A stretch of 64,000 bases of DNA from SAR202 cluster bacterium. Lineage in GTDB: Bacteria > Chloroflexota > Dehalococcoidia > Lucifugimonadales > VGZR01. The notes beneath the pieces were generated by a model. That model made no database searches and was not told the DNA's origin. It saw only the letters and a program-made list of their open reading frames with translations. Position 1 is the stretch's first letter; each line of letters starts with the position of its first letter. This document shows positions 63,376 to 64,000 of this stretch, in pieces. The position numbers and the translations under genes are program-made. The stretch is from assembly GCA_016872515.1 (NCBI GenBank), contig VGZR01000001.1:80475-144474 (forward strand), given 5' to 3'.

Positions 63376-63477
63376 CTTCGGCCCGCGTTGCCACCGGGGG
63401 GCCGCCGTGTTGAATTGGCGGCCTTCACTTGCTACGCTAGTAGCGGAATCCCTTGAACCGCCCTGGGGGTGTGTGCT

Positions 63478-64000
63478 ATGCAAGATGTGTTTCACGAAGC
63501 CGTCAACCAGTTCAGCCGGGGCAACCGGGCTGTGGTGGCCACGGTTGTGCGCACCAAAGGCTCGACCCCCCAGAAGCCGGGCGCAAAGCTTCTCGTACGC
63601 CAGGACGGTTCCGGCGTCGGCACTCTCGGCGGCGGCTGCGTTGAAGGCGATATCTGGTTCGCTGCCAAGGAACTGCTTAAGCGCAATGGTCCGACCGAGC
63701 TCCGCGAGTATGAGCTCAACGAAGACCTCGCGGCAAATGACGGCCTGGTCTGCGGCGGCACGATGTACTTCCTCATTGACCCGGTGTACCAGCCGCAGGC
63801 GTTCCTGCCCCTCGCCAAAGAGATAAGCGAGGCCTATGCGGGGACCGGAGCGCCAGTGGCCATGGCCACGCTCGCTCAAGCAGGGAACGGCTCTAAAGCC
63901 GCCGTCGGCGCGAAGCTTTTCGTCCGCGAGAACGGCACCACGTCCGGTACACTGGGCGACCCCGACCTCGACCACGACGCAAGCAAGAAAGCGTTGGAAC
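63478..64000 (+). CDS. xdhC: XdhC/CoxI-family accessory protein (3' end outside window; open-ended so absent from ORF track)
   Basis: My translation from ATG 63478 is MQDVFHEAVNQFSRGNRAVVATVVRTKGSTPQKPGAKLLVRQDGSGVGTLGGGCVEGD...GLVCGGTMYFLIDP, which is typical of the XdhC N-terminal domain. Confidence 0.8.
   Translation, partial: MQDVFHEAVNQFSRGNRAVVATVVRTKGSTPQKPGAKLLVRQDGSGVGTLGGGCVEGDIWFAAKELLKRNGPTELREYELNEDLAANDGLVCGGTMYFLIDPVYQPQAFLPLAKEISEAYAGTGAPVAMATLAQAGNGSKAAVGAKLFVRENGTTSGTLGDPDLDHDASKKALE

Overview
This is a GC-rich, gene-dense bacterial chromosomal segment with about 70 genes on both strands. I worked by eye from the sequence and ORF track only, with no BLAST, HMM or folding run, so family names are motif-level calls and many start codons are provisional. 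Most of the content is core housekeeping. It includes mutS (5' end outside the window), rpsT, a RelA/SpoT homologue, hisS, prfA-prmC, lepA, rsmA(ksgA)-ispE, dinG-ogg, ada/alkA with divergent ogt, and lexA. It also includes tatA plus tatB-tatC, rlmD-maf, lipA, etfBA, an EF-G paralogue, hspR-grpE-dnaK, queG and tRNA-Leu(UAG). A long Bacillus-type SRP RNA is hidden under spurious ORFs. Oxidoreductases are numerous: four tandem SDRs plus an MDR dehydrogenase plus an F420-type LLM enzyme, an Fno-like F420 reductase, and a GuaB3-like protein. GuaB3, an HspR-led dnaK operon, F420 enzymes, the long SRP RNA and Cheo-type LexA boxes together suggest a Terrabacteria lineage (Chloroflexota- or Actinomycetota-like); this is inference only. 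I saw no CRISPR array, transposase, integrase, rRNA or recognisable defence or toxin-antitoxin system, and nothing I can defend as a complete new system. The items most worth a second look are: (1) a family of mosaic GC-hairpin intergenic repeats with at least 4 copies, plus a second type bracketing queG; (2) two unlisted tandem desulforedoxin-like mini-genes behind an extended -10 promoter; (3) a Zn-ribbon / MetF-like / SelA-like gene string divergent from etfBA plus an unknown gene; (4) a six-gene oxidoreductase operon; (5) a split D-glutamate-cyclase-type gene pair; (6) a low-GC islet carrying a lone FRG-domain gene. There are also several annotation anomalies: a frameshifted MBL gene, a gene remnant, ORFs lacking timely stops, and a ksgA start that lies inside the SRP RNA.
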